Shown here piece after piece: positions 19,840 to 29,449 of a stretch of 64,000 bases of DNA; positions within the stretch are counted from its first letter, which is position 1, and the number at the start of each line of letters is the position of its first letter. The translations under genes were made by a program, and so were the position numbers. A model generated the notes under the pieces. It searched no databases. It was not told the origin of the DNA and was given only the letters and a program-made list of their open reading frames with translations. Source of the stretch: a bacterium (GTDB lineage: Bacteria > UBP6 > UBA1177 > JAKLFG01); assembly GCA_022711315.1 (NCBI GenBank), contig JAKLFG010000001.1, positions 15,886 through 79,885 on the forward strand. The letters are read 5' to 3'.

Positions 19840-20348
19840 TCCTGCTCGCGGCGCCGGTCCTCACGACGGCTCAGCAGGTCATAGAGAGCGTCGCGGCGAA
19901 GATAGACGATGCGACCGTCATCACCTATTCCGATATCCTGCAGGAGGCGGCGCTCCTGAATCTCGAGAACGGCGCCCCGCTGCATACGCCGCTCTCACGC
20001 GAACTCAAGGAGAGGATCCTTGACTCTCTCATCCTCCGGGCTATCCTGTTCTTCGCGTCGCGGGACCGTGATCTTCCCCTTGACGACCGGATGGTACAGG
20101 AGATGGTTGCCACCTACGAGAAACTTCCCTATCTGGCCGATCTATTCAAGAGTTTCGGCATCTCTCCGCTCGAATTCCGCATGATCGTCAAGAAGCGGCT
20201 CATCGTCCGATCGATGATGGACGACCTCCTGAAACGGCGTTTCCCGCCGCCCGCGAAGCCGACCGAGGAGGAGAAAAAGAAGGCGCTCGACGAGTGGTTC
20301 GACTCCCTGCGCAAAAAACACCGCATCATAACCTACTCCCTGCCCTGA
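19809..20348 (+). CDS. Exported protein, SurA N-terminal-domain-like (chaperone-like)
   Basis: ATG at 19809 followed by signal peptide MGAYRTILGLILLAAPVLTTAQQ. It is helical with a K/E-rich C-terminus. The function call is weak. Confidence 0.55.
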   Translation: MGAYRTILGLILLAAPVLTTAQQVIESVAAKIDDATVITYSDILQEAALLNLENGAPLHTPLSRELKERILDSLILRAILFFASRDRDLPLDDRMVQEMVATYEKLPYLADLFKSFGISPLEFRMIVKKRLIVRSMMDDLLKRRFPPPAKPTEEEKKKALDEWFDSLRKKHRIITYSLP

Positions 20349-20358
20349 GAGAGGACCC

Positions 20359-21129
20359 ATGACACGCATCGTCACCATCGTCAACCAGAAAGGCGGCGTC
20401 GGCAAGACGACGACCGCCGTCAATCTCGCCGCCTGTCTCGGCGCGCTCGAAAAGCGCGTCCTGCTCGTCGACATGGACCCGCAGGGCAACGCGACCTCGA
20501 TGAGCGCCCTGACCGCGCCGGTCAGCCGCACCGTCTACGACATGATGGGCGACCCGTCGCTCACCGCCGTCTATGACACCGAACTCCCCTATCTCAAGGT
20601 GATGCCGGCCAACCGTGACCTCACGGGCGCCGAGATAGAACTGCTGGACCTCGAAAAGCGCGAATTCGTCCTGCGCGGCATACTCGATCGCGTCAAGCGG
20701 AAGTTCGACCTCATCATCATCGACTCGCCGCCTTCGCTCAACATCCTCACCGTCAACAACCTCGCGGCGGCCGACGGGCTCATCGTCCCGATACAGTGCG
20801 AATACTTCGCGCTCGAAGGGGTGTCGCGGATACTCGAGACCATCGAGCGCATCCGCCCCCTGAACCCGCATCTGGCCATAGACGGCATCATCCTCACGAT
20901 GTACGACAAGCGGGTGAAACTCACCTTCGATGTCGAACAGGAGGTGCGGCGGCATTTCAAGAAGACCGTGTTCGAAACGGTCATCGCGCGCAATGTCAAA
21001 CTCTCGGAATCGCCGAGTTTCGGCAAACCGATCATACTCTACGACATCGCCTCGACCGGCGCGCGGCAGTACCTCGCGCTCGCCGAGGAATACCTTAAAC
21101 GCATCGGAAAGGGAGGGACAGGTGGCTGA
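20359..21129 (+). CDS. parA: Chromosome partitioning ATPase ParA/Soj
   Basis: Deviant Walker A NQKGGVGKTTT. ParA family features run over the full length. Confidence 0.93.
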   Translation: MTRIVTIVNQKGGVGKTTTAVNLAACLGALEKRVLLVDMDPQGNATSMSALTAPVSRTVYDMMGDPSLTAVYDTELPYLKVMPANRDLTGAEIELLDLEKREFVLRGILDRVKRKFDLIIIDSPPSLNILTVNNLAAADGLIVPIQCEYFALEGVSRILETIERIRPLNPHLAIDGIILTMYDKRVKLTFDVEQEVRRHFKKTVFETVIARNVKLSESPSFGKPIILYDIASTGARQYLALAEEYLKRIGKGGTGG

Positions 21130-21964
21130 CAGGAAGGACAAGGGATCATTCGGCAAACTGGGCCGCGGGCTGGACGAGTTGCTGCCGACCTCTGCGGGCA
21201 AGCCGATACTCACGCTCCGGATCGATCAGATACTGCCGAGCGCCAAACAGCCGCGCGCCTATTTCGACGACGAGAAACTGAAGGAACTCGCGCTCTCGAT
21301 AAAGGAGCACGGGCTCATCCAGCCCATCGTCGTCAAGAAGGAGGGATCGCGATACCGCATCATCGCCGGCGAGCGGCGGTACCGGGCCGCGAAGATCGCC
21401 GGACTGAAGGAACTGCCGGCGGTCCTGTATCAAGGCGAAAAGGACTATCTCATCGCGCTGACCGAGAACCTGCAACGGGAGAACCTGAACCCGCTCGAGG
21501 TCGCCGAGGCATACGGCGAACTGATGAAGCGGAACGGCTACACCCAACAGCAACTCGCCGATCAGGTCGGCAAGTCGCGTCCCGAGATATCGAACTACCT
21601 GCGACTCCTGTCGCTTTCCGACCGGGTCAAGAAACTCCTCGCGACCGGCGCGGTGTCGGTGGGACAGGTACGCCCGCTCACGGTGCTTCCGGCCGGCGAG
21701 CAGTACCCGCTCGTCGAACGCATCGTCGCCGAAGAACTCTCGGCGCGGCAGGTCGAGGCGCTGACCCGCCGGAGCCCGGCGACCGCCCCGGCGAAGGAGG
21801 AAAAAGAGCGGGACGACGCCTTTGCCCCGCTCGAGACCGAACTTTTCCGGAAACTGCAGATACCGGTGCGCATCAAGCGGCGGATGCGGAAGATCGTCGT
21901 GATGTTCGAGTTCATCAAAATGAAGGACTTCCAGAATTTCATCAATGAACTCAAGAAACGCTAA
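21122..21964 (+). CDS. parB: Chromosome partitioning protein ParB/Spo0J
   Basis: GLDELLP, the ParB box IIAGERRYRAAK, and an HTH region. I chose the GTG at 21122 behind GGGAGGGA, which overlaps parA by 8 nt. Confidence 0.9.
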   Translation: MADRKDKGSFGKLGRGLDELLPTSAGKPILTLRIDQILPSAKQPRAYFDDEKLKELALSIKEHGLIQPIVVKKEGSRYRIIAGERRYRAAKIAGLKELPAVLYQGEKDYLIALTENLQRENLNPLEVAEAYGELMKRNGYTQQQLADQVGKSRPEISNYLRLLSLSDRVKKLLATGAVSVGQVRPLTVLPAGEQYPLVERIVAEELSARQVEALTRRSPATAPAKEEKERDDAFAPLETELFRKLQIPVRIKRRMRKIVVMFEFIKMKDFQNFINELKKR

Positions 21965-22000
21965 CCTCATCCCGCCTTCTGCAAACCTCACCTCGGCCGG

Positions 22001-22060
22001 TACCGACCTCACCCCGACCCTCTCCTTGTCAAGGAGAGGGTGGCGTGTAACGGCGGGTGA
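22001..22060. repeat. REP-like imperfect palindrome
   Basis: CCTCACCCCGACCCTCTCCTT-gtc-AAGGAGAGGG...GGGTGAGG. The core 10-bp perfect stem is at 22018..22040. It shares the CCTCACC / CCTCTCC words with 22725..22765. Confidence 0.5.
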
Positions 22061-22061
22061 G

Positions 22062-22712
22062 GTGTTCTGCTTGCTTTTCCTTCTCCTGTTCCCCTTTTCA
22101 ACCTACTCCTTCACCGTCGTCATCGACGCGGGGCACGGCGGGACCGAAAAGGGCGCGGTGCAGGGCTCGCTCATCGAGAAGGACCTTTCTCTGCGGCTCG
22201 CCCGCAAGATACAGACCCGGCTCGCCAAGCGACCGGGCATCCGCGCCGTCATGACCCGCGGGGAGGACCGCACGCTCCCGATCGAGGAGCGGGCCCGCGC
22301 GATCGCCGAGGCGAAGGCCGACCTGTTCCTGTCGATACACTTCAACATCGATGTCTTCATGCTCGCCGAGACGCGCGGTCTGGAGATATACTATCCCGCC
22401 GACGACCTCGCGAAGGCGCCCGAGGAATCCCTTTCGCTCTACCACCGGAACAACCGCTCCTTCGCGTTCGGTAAGATGATGCGCGACCGCTATCTCAAGT
22501 CGGAACTCTTCACCGTCTGGAAGCACGACCTCAACATGTTCGCCCAACGCGACCTCAAGATATTCCGGCTGACCGCGACGCCGGGGCTCCTGCTCGAGAT
22601 CGGCTACCTCACCTCACCCGACGACCGCGCCCACATAGAGAACGAGCAGTTCCTCGATGATATGGCCGCCTTCATCGCGGAGACGGTGGTCGAACAGGCG
22701 GGGAAGAAATGA
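22062..22712 (+). CDS. N-acetylmuramoyl-L-alanine amidase (Amidase_3)
   Basis: VVIDAGHGGTEKGA, EKDLSLRLARK, ADLFLSIHFN. The ORF opens at 21945, but that would run through the parB stop region and the palindrome. GTG 22062 gives a signal-like N-terminus. The start is uncertain. Confidence 0.85.
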   Translation: MFCLLFLLLFPFSTYSFTVVIDAGHGGTEKGAVQGSLIEKDLSLRLARKIQTRLAKRPGIRAVMTRGEDRTLPIEERARAIAEAKADLFLSIHFNIDVFMLAETRGLEIYYPADDLAKAPEESLSLYHRNNRSFAFGKMMRDRYLKSELFTVWKHDLNMFAQRDLKIFRLTATPGLLLEIGYLTSPDDRAHIENEQFLDDMAAFIAETVVEQAGKK

Positions 22713-22724
22713 GACCTTCGACCG

Positions 22725-22765
22725 AACACCCTCACCTCATTCCTCTCCCTGAACAGGGCGAGGAA
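22725..22765. repeat. REP-like imperfect palindrome between convergent genes
   Basis: CCTCACCTCATTCCTCTCCC-tgaaca-GGGCGAGGAA: a 10-bp stem with one mismatch and no flanking T-run on either strand. Confidence 0.5.
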
Positions 22766-22782
22766 GAAAACGGAAATAAGGC

Positions 22783-23763
22783 CTAGTATATATTGCCGAC
22801 GAGCCCGGCGACCTTCTTGACCTTCTTTATCTTCTCGACCGCCGCGGTCCGCGCCCGTTGCGCCCCTTCGCGGAGCACCCGTTCGACATAGTAGCGGTTC
22901 CTGTCGAGTTCCTCTCTCTTCTCGCGCATCGGCTTGAAGAACTGCATGAGTTTTTCCAGCAGTTCCTTCTTCGCCGTGCCGTAGCCGTAGTTGCCGGCGC
23001 GGTATTTCTCTTTCATCAGCGCCTGTTCCTGCGGCGTCGCGAAGAGTTTGTAGAGAGCGAAGACCTTGCATGTGTCGGGATCCTTCGGCTGTTCGAGCGG
23101 CGTCGAATCGGTGACGATACCCATCACCTGCTTTTTGAGTTCCTTTTCCGACGCGAACATCTCTATCGTATTGCCGTAACTTTTCGACATCTTGCGGCCA
23201 TCGGTCCCCGGCACCACCGCGACATCCTCGCGGATGAGCGGTTCGGGCAGTTTGAAGACCTCGCTGTTGTACTGCTGGTTGAACTTCTGGGCGATGTCGC
23301 GCGCCATCTCGACATGCTGTTTCTGGTCCTGCCCCACCGGCACCACATCCGAATCGTAGAGCAGGATGTCGGCCGCCATCAGGAGCGGATAGTAGAAGAG
23401 CCCGACATTTATCAGTTCCCCTTTGTCGCTCTTCTCCTTGTAACTGTGGGCCCGCTGCATGAGCCCCATCGGCGTCACATTGCCGAGGATGAAGGCGAGT
23501 TCGATCACCTCGGGTACCTGCGACTGGAGGAACAGCGTACTCTTCTCCGGGTCGAGTCCGAAGGCGAGATAGTCGAGCACGACGCCCCACGAGTTCTCGG
23601 TCAGTTCGCCCGGGTCGGGCGTGGTGTTCAGCGTGTGGTAGTCGGCGACGAAGTAGAAGCAGTCATACCCCTTTTTTTGGAGTTCCTCGAACTGTTTGGC
23701 GGCGCCGAAGTAGTTGCCGATGTGCAGGGTGCCGGTCGGCTTGATACCCGAAAGAGAACGCAT
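22783..23763 (-). CDS. trpS: Tryptophan--tRNA ligase
   Basis: HIGH-type motif TLHIGNYFG and KMSKS. I chose the ATG at 23763 behind GGAGGT. Confidence 0.95.
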   Translation of the reverse strand: MRSLSGIKPTGTLHIGNYFGAAKQFEELQKKGYDCFYFVADYHTLNTTPDPGELTENSWGVVLDYLAFGLDPEKSTLFLQSQVPEVIELAFILGNVTPMGLMQRAHSYKEKSDKGELINVGLFYYPLLMAADILLYDSDVVPVGQDQKQHVEMARDIAQKFNQQYNSEVFKLPEPLIREDVAVVPGTDGRKMSKSYGNTIEMFASEKELKKQVMGIVTDSTPLEQPKDPDTCKVFALYKLFATPQEQALMKEKYRAGNYGYGTAKKELLEKLMQFFKPMREKREELDRNRYYVERVLREGAQRARTAAVEKIKKVKKVAGLVGNIY

Positions 23764-23896
23764 CGTGACCTCCACAGTGTTTCAGCGCATGCATCATTGC
23801 AAAGCGGGACCGGTTAGTCAAGAAAAGAACGGGGAAGAGAAAACGAGTGTTTCTCCAGACGATCTTTCGGGCTTCTTCTCTTTTACGCCGCGAATT

Positions 23897-25576
23897 CTAG
23901 CGTCTTTCGTTGCTACCCTGAAGCAAGGATTTTGCTTTCTTCGGCGTGTAGTCGGTATAAGGGCATCGCAACGGGAACTGGTCGCAGTAACATTCCATGT
24001 CGCGCAGAACCAGATCGTACCACGACTGATAAACGATATAATGGCCGCCGGGCAGATAGGAATAGTCGGTCGGTATCTTCGCGTCATGGTCGGCATCGTC
24101 CATGCAGAACGACTTGTCGTCGCTGAAACGATAAAAGCAGTTTATCATAAGGGGGTCGCCGTTGGATCGCTTGTCTATCTCCTTCCCGTAAAGGAGAAAA
24201 TCCTGGTCTATGTCATCTATATCTAACACTTTGTCGTGCGAAACAATAGTCGTGTACTTGATCGCCTGCGGGTCGGTAATGTCGGCTTTGACGAGAGAAA
24301 AGATTTTCGTGGTTTTGTCTTCGGCAGAGTAATAAACCGCTTTGCTATCAAGAATCTTCGGCATCCGTCCATTCTCGTCATCCCGCGATACCTTGAAACA
24401 TCCGGGGTCCCCCTTCTCGAGATCGCAGAAGGCAACCTCGGCATCCCAGTTATAGAAGACGACATATGATCCCATCATCGAGGGAAATCCGGCATCAATG
24501 TGCCCCTGTGACGAGGCGGTCATGAAATTTAGTTCTTTCCAGTTCTGCCAGTCGCCGATCTTGGTGTAAACGACCCGCCCCCCCGAAACATCGGGCAATT
24601 GCTGGATACTCATGATGATATATGTCTCGCTCGCGTGGATCGATCCGCCGTGGTAAAAGTCCGGTCCATACCATGCGTAGCCATACTTGTGTTCGACGGT
24701 ATCGTAATAGACCAACTTCGACCACGGTACGGGTTCATAGTAGTTCTTGTCGGGTTCCTCATAATTTTTTGCGGCATCACGAAGTGTCATGAAAGCATAG
24801 CGTCCATTAAAGTAAGCATTGGAATAGAAAATGGCGATGGCGGTTAATCGTTTTTCCTCCACATTAAAAAGAAAAGTTTGCCCGCTACCATAGGGCGACA
24901 AAGAATAGGTCGACCACATGGGAAACAAGACTTTTCCGTTTTTTGCATTATATTTCGGGTCGCTTCCATATCGCCAAGATATCTGCCAACTCATAGGAGG
25001 GGTCAATAGTTCATCGCAATCAAAAGCGGTAATGATTTCACTTTTGAAATTTACGCCTTCTGGTCTATTCGGGTCGGGTTCGCTGAGTATTGGTTCAAAT
25101 GGGGTGTTTTTCGCGCAAGCGAAGGAAGGGCTCCACCAGGAGCAATTGCAAATGTCAAGAATCATACCATTATCGTAACCAACAAACATGTCGTCCCATA
25201 GCCCGCGAACATTCTCCGGGTCTTGCACCACCACATCGAAATCGCCGTAGTATTGATATAAAATATCACGGTCATCGTATGGGTCGCCCTCGGCCATCCA
25301 TGGCTGTGGCGCATCGACACAATCGACATCTTTCCATATGTTGCCATCGGTATCGGTCGTGGCATCTTCCGTAATATCCAAATCAACAGAGTCCGTTTCC
25401 TTGTGATCCGGGAACTCTGTTTGATCGGAATCGGGAACGATTTCAAAATCCATCAGGGCATCATCTTTCGGTGCTTGGGGGTTTTCTTTGCACGCACCCA
25501 ACACCGTCGCCCCTATTATGAGAAAAGAAACGAGTAGGGGGAAGGTCAACCCGCCCCCGATAATTGTTTTCTTCAT
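23897..25576 (-). CDS. Large lipoprotein of unknown function in a lower-GC patch
   Basis: Lipobox TVLGAC, an acidic D/T/E tether, then a ~480-aa aromatic-rich (W/Y) body with scattered Cys. I recognised no family motif. Confidence 0.7.
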   Translation of the reverse strand: MKKTIIGGGLTFPLLVSFLIIGATVLGACKENPQAPKDDALMDFEIVPDSDQTEFPDHKETDSVDLDITEDATTDTDGNIWKDVDCVDAPQPWMAEGDPYDDRDILYQYYGDFDVVVQDPENVRGLWDDMFVGYDNGMILDICNCSWWSPSFACAKNTPFEPILSEPDPNRPEGVNFKSEIITAFDCDELLTPPMSWQISWRYGSDPKYNAKNGKVLFPMWSTYSLSPYGSGQTFLFNVEEKRLTAIAIFYSNAYFNGRYAFMTLRDAAKNYEEPDKNYYEPVPWSKLVYYDTVEHKYGYAWYGPDFYHGGSIHASETYIIMSIQQLPDVSGGRVVYTKIGDWQNWKELNFMTASSQGHIDAGFPSMMGSYVVFYNWDAEVAFCDLEKGDPGCFKVSRDDENGRMPKILDSKAVYYSAEDKTTKIFSLVKADITDPQAIKYTTIVSHDKVLDIDDIDQDFLLYGKEIDKRSNGDPLMINCFYRFSDDKSFCMDDADHDAKIPTDYSYLPGGHYIVYQSWYDLVLRDMECYCDQFPLRCPYTDYTPKKAKSLLQGSNERR

Positions 25577-25723
25577 TCTTTAGCACCCACTCCAGTAACA
25601 GTTACCGGTATTATAGCCGGAACAATCGCTCTTGCAAGTTGCCGTGCCGCTGTTCCACTCGTTCGGAGAATCGAGTCATGGTCATTTCTTGGCGGTGACG
25701 AAAAAGGTACTTGTCAAGAAAGG

Positions 25724-25758
25724 AGATAAAAAGAACGGGGGACCCGCAGGCCCCCCGT
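25724..25758 (-). terminator. Rho-independent terminator of the 30251->25786 operon
   Basis: The minus strand reads CGGGGGGCC-TGC-GGGTCCCCCG followed by TTCTTTTTATC. Confidence 0.7.
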
Positions 25759-25785
25759 GTGATGTTTCGGGAACTCCCGTGACGC

Positions 25786-28700
25786 TTACGGTTTCAGTGA
25801 AACGGTGGTGAGACCTTCCCAGCCGCGCGCGATGACGAGGTTGTCGCCCTGCCGGACCGCCTTGTTACCGTTGTAGTAATAGTAGTAATCGGCGTAGTAG
25901 GAGACCTCGGGCAACGCGAGTTCGGTCATCGTGCCGTCGGGGGCGATGTAGGTGTATTCGCGCCCTTCGCTACCGTAGTAGTAATAGTAGAACGCGTCGG
26001 TCTGGCGCTGGATGAGCACGCCGCCGCCGTCGACGCCGCTCATGCCGATGCCGTCGGGGACCACATCTTCCATGATCTTCGCGCCGGTCGCGCCGTCGTA
26101 GGCCGCCACGGTCGAGGTGCGCTCGACGGTGGTCGAGTAGTAGGAGCACTGCTGCTCTTCCCAGTGGTAGGTCTGCTGGATGGTGTTCAGGAACACCTTT
26201 TTATCCTGAATGAGGTAACTGCTCCAGAGGTATTCGGAGGTGTTCTCTGTGTAGGTGTACTCCTCATGGTACGGGATGACCTTGACGAGCGTCAGTTTCT
26301 TGCCGTCGGCGCTCTTCTTGAGGATGTTCAGGTGATACAGGTAATTGCTCGAGTAGTAGTAGTCGCCGCGTTTGCCGTCCTCGTCGGTCTTTATCCAGGT
26401 GCGCATCAGGGTGTAGAATATGGTCCCGTCGTCGCTCATGCCGACCAGTTCGCCCGGGATATTGTATTTTTCGGCGAGCGCCGGCTTGGCCGGGTCGGCG
26501 ACATCGACCGCCTGCGCGTAGCAGATGAGCAGTTCGCGCCCTTCGTCGTCCCACGCGTGCAGTTTGCAGTCGGTGGCCCACAGTTTGTCGCCGCGCGCGA
26601 TCACGGTGTTGTTGTAGGTGACGCCGCGGAACTCCTTGTCGAACAGCACCGGCGCGGCCGACTCTTTGGAAAGATCGCGCAGGTCGTACACCGCCAGTTT
26701 CGACTTATTGAAGTAGTAGTAGTTCTCGTAATTCACCCCTTCCATCGCGCAGTCGACCATGGCGTCGTCGGCGAGGCAGTAATAGTCGTAGCGGGTGCTC
26801 ATCATGCCGGCCGCCTTGCTCTCGGCCACCGCGAAGGCGCGACCGTACCAGTACCAGTATTCGCCCTCTTGATCCTGCGGAGGCAGTTCGAGTTTGAGCG
26901 AGCCGGCCGGTTTCGGGTCCTTACCCTCGGCGAGGTCGAAGCGGGTCGCGTAGACATTCTCCTCGTAGTATTCCCCACCTTTCTCCTCGTCATAGGTGTA
27001 GGAACTGTCGTACGAGAACATGTGGACCGCCTTCGCGTCGTTCTGCATCGCGTAGACATACTGGCCGCGGACCCGGTCGCTCGACCAGTTCACCGGATAG
27101 TCCTTCGACGCATCGTAGGTGACCAGACGGATGTCGCTGTCGTACCACGAGGTCCCCTTTGTGCCGCACAGTTTCCCGGCGCACGAGAAGAGGTTCTCGA
27201 CGGCGTAGGCGACCGGCAGGCTCGACAGTATCTCGGGGTTGTCGCGGTCGCTGTAGTCTATCATCATGACGGTGGTGTCGCCGACCGAGGCGATGTGGTC
27301 GCCCACCACGACGCCGCGCCGCACATAGCCCGGACTCTCGACCGAGCCGCGCTTGGTAAGGCCGGACTCGAGGTCGAAGTCGATGAGGTGCAGTCTATTG
27401 ACCTCGCGATAGGTGTTGTAGTTCCACTCGCTCGTTGGAACGAGGATGAGCCCGATGGCATCGTAGATCTTGAAGGCCTTCCAGTCGTTGGTCGCCTCGC
27501 TCCACGAGTAGCCGTTCTCGGCGCCGCCCAACTCGACGGTGGTCATCTCGGTCGGGTTCGTCGGGTCGGCCACATCGTACATGGAGACCTTCGCGTTCCA
27601 GCCGTCCTGATCGTCGATGCCGACGGTGAGGAGTTTGGTGCCGCGTATCTCGATGTGGGTCGACCAGCCGGGGACCGCGAGTTGGCCAAGTTCCTTCATC
27701 TTGGCCGGATCGGTGATGTCGATCACATGGAGCGGGTCCTGCTGAAAATAGGTGACGGCGTAGAGCCGGTTCCCATCGAACCGCGCGCCATGCAGTTCCT
27801 GGTTGGTCATGAAGGTGAACTCGCTTATCTTTTTCGGGTTCGACGGATCGGTCACATCGAACGACTCGACCGCGTTCTCACCGTTCCACCACTGGCTCGT
27901 GGAGGTCACCGCGAAGAAGGCGCCGTCCTTCTCATGCATCTTCCAACGGTCGCCGATGTAGCCGCGGGTCTTGATGACCCCCTTCTTCTCGATGGCGCCG
28001 GCCGGGTCGCTGATGTCGAAGTAATGCACCGGCACGCCGTCGGTGTAGTAACCATCCTGCCAGTAGTACAGGTTGGTCTCGGCGACATAGATGCTGTGGT
28101 CGGTCACATAGAGCGCATACCCGGTGCCGTCGAGATGTTCCTCGTCGGCCTTTTTGATGTTCTTCGGGTCGGCGATGTTGAGCGACAGGAGCGTTATCTG
28201 GTCCTTGCCGCGCTCTTCCGCGTTATCGCAGTAGTACCAGTAGTAGCGGGTCTCGCTCGCCGCGACATAGAGCACATCGCCCACCTGCCGCGAGTCGATG
28301 ATGGTCCCTTCCATCATGTAGCGACCGAGTATCTTCTGCTTGGTCGGATCGGCGATATCGACGACGATGAGTTCCGAGAAGGTGCGCGACGCGTCGTAGT
28401 AGCCGCCGTCCTCGCTTTTCTCCGACGGGTTGTACCGCAGGCCGGTCACCATGACATAGGCGCGCCCCTCCTGCACATACATCTCGAACGGGAAGCCCTT
28501 GAACGACGAGCGGCCGAGTATCTTGAGCGCCGTCGGTTCGGTCACATCGATGGCGACCAGACCGCGGTATTGGTTGAGCACCCAGAGGATGTTCCCCTCG
28601 ACCTTGTAGATGTCGGCCTCGACGATCTCGCGGGCCGCGTCATCGCCCTTATCGTCCTCGTTGCTCGGCGCCCCTTCGTCGTCGGTGCCCCCGGCGGTGG

Positions 28701-28902
28701 CGTCCTCACCGTAGTTGTTGCTGTTCGAAGCATTGCCGGCGGTGATGAACTCACCCTCGTCGGTCGTCTCGATGTCGCCGGTGCCGGTCGTGTCGTCGGG
28801 AACGCTCCCGTCATTCGGCAACTGTTTGGTGTTCTCGCAGGAGCCGAGAAGCAGTATCGCGAACAACCCCGCGATAACATAAATGAAATGCCTGAAACTC
28901 AT
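25786..28902 (-). CDS. Large beta-propeller-domain lipoprotein (COG4880 / LVIVD-repeat-like)
   Basis: ATG at 28902 behind GGAGGT. Lipobox LLLGSC and an acidic tether. Then EADIYKVEGNILWVLNQYRGLVAIDVTEP and many repeats of the type ...V.D.SDP..P... / hydrophobic-strand, typical of secreted beta-propeller proteins. Confidence 0.8.
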   Translation of the reverse strand: MSFRHFIYVIAGLFAILLLGSCENTKQLPNDGSVPDDTTGTGDIETTDEGEFITAGNASNSNNYGEDATAGGTDDEGAPSNEDDKGDDAAREIVEADIYKVEGNILWVLNQYRGLVAIDVTEPTALKILGRSSFKGFPFEMYVQEGRAYVMVTGLRYNPSEKSEDGGYYDASRTFSELIVVDIADPTKQKILGRYMMEGTIIDSRQVGDVLYVAASETRYYWYYCDNAEERGKDQITLLSLNIADPKNIKKADEEHLDGTGYALYVTDHSIYVAETNLYYWQDGYYTDGVPVHYFDISDPAGAIEKKGVIKTRGYIGDRWKMHEKDGAFFAVTSTSQWWNGENAVESFDVTDPSNPKKISEFTFMTNQELHGARFDGNRLYAVTYFQQDPLHVIDITDPAKMKELGQLAVPGWSTHIEIRGTKLLTVGIDDQDGWNAKVSMYDVADPTNPTEMTTVELGGAENGYSWSEATNDWKAFKIYDAIGLILVPTSEWNYNTYREVNRLHLIDFDLESGLTKRGSVESPGYVRRGVVVGDHIASVGDTTVMMIDYSDRDNPEILSSLPVAYAVENLFSCAGKLCGTKGTSWYDSDIRLVTYDASKDYPVNWSSDRVRGQYVYAMQNDAKAVHMFSYDSSYTYDEEKGGEYYEENVYATRFDLAEGKDPKPAGSLKLELPPQDQEGEYWYWYGRAFAVAESKAAGMMSTRYDYYCLADDAMVDCAMEGVNYENYYYFNKSKLAVYDLRDLSKESAAPVLFDKEFRGVTYNNTVIARGDKLWATDCKLHAWDDEGRELLICYAQAVDVADPAKPALAEKYNIPGELVGMSDDGTIFYTLMRTWIKTDEDGKRGDYYYSSNYLYHLNILKKSADGKKLTLVKVIPYHEEYTYTENTSEYLWSSYLIQDKKVFLNTIQQTYHWEEQQCSYYSTTVERTSTVAAYDGATGAKIMEDVVPDGIGMSGVDGGGVLIQRQTDAFYYYYYGSEGREYTYIAPDGTMTELALPEVSYYADYYYYYNGNKAVRQGDNLVIARGWEGLTTVSLKP

Positions 28903-29011
28903 GGTAACCTCCATTCAAAAAGGACGCCGGTTTGGTACCCGGTCGCCGCTCTTTTTATCATTTTCGGGCACACTTTGCAAGAACTATTTGTTTTTACAAG
29001 ACCTTTCGTCG

Positions 29012-29434
29012 TCACCGGACCAGGCCGGCTATCCAACCCCACGGCACGAAGGTCCCGAGTCCCCACGACACGAGGTTCGCGCCGTAGGAGAGGATGAGCG
29101 GCTGCCACCACCGCTTCGGCCGGAGGAAGAACCAATACCACGCCGCCTCGATGAGCGGGATGAAGATGAGTTCGCGTACCCAGATCGGATCGACCATCTG
29201 AAGCGCGGGCGGCATATCGAACCGCCACAGGACCGTCAGGAGCGGCACCACCAGAATAAAGAGCGGGTGAGTCAGGCACTGCGCGACCACCCCCGCCGCG
29301 ACGGTGCGACCGCCGGTCGCCTTGAACAGACCGAACCGGCGGAACAGGAACAGCACCGGTATCTCTATCGCGAACGACAGAAGGAACGCAGTCCCGTAGG
29401 TGACGGTCAGCACCGGCCAGTTGATGCGCGGCAT
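29012..29434 (-). CDS. Four-TM membrane protein of unknown function
   Basis: 140 aa with SD GAGGT. Four hydrophobic helices carry intramembrane E/H/N residues (AIEIP, CLTHP, LIEAAW, YGANL). It lies in an operon between the GGC-tail proteins and the propeller. Confidence 0.6.
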   Translation of the reverse strand: MPRINWPVLTVTYGTAFLLSFAIEIPVLFLFRRFGLFKATGGRTVAAGVVAQCLTHPLFILVVPLLTVLWRFDMPPALQMVDPIWVRELIFIPLIEAAWYWFFLRPKRWWQPLILSYGANLVSWGLGTFVPWGWIAGLVR

Positions 29435-29449
29435 GGGACCTCGTTAGAT

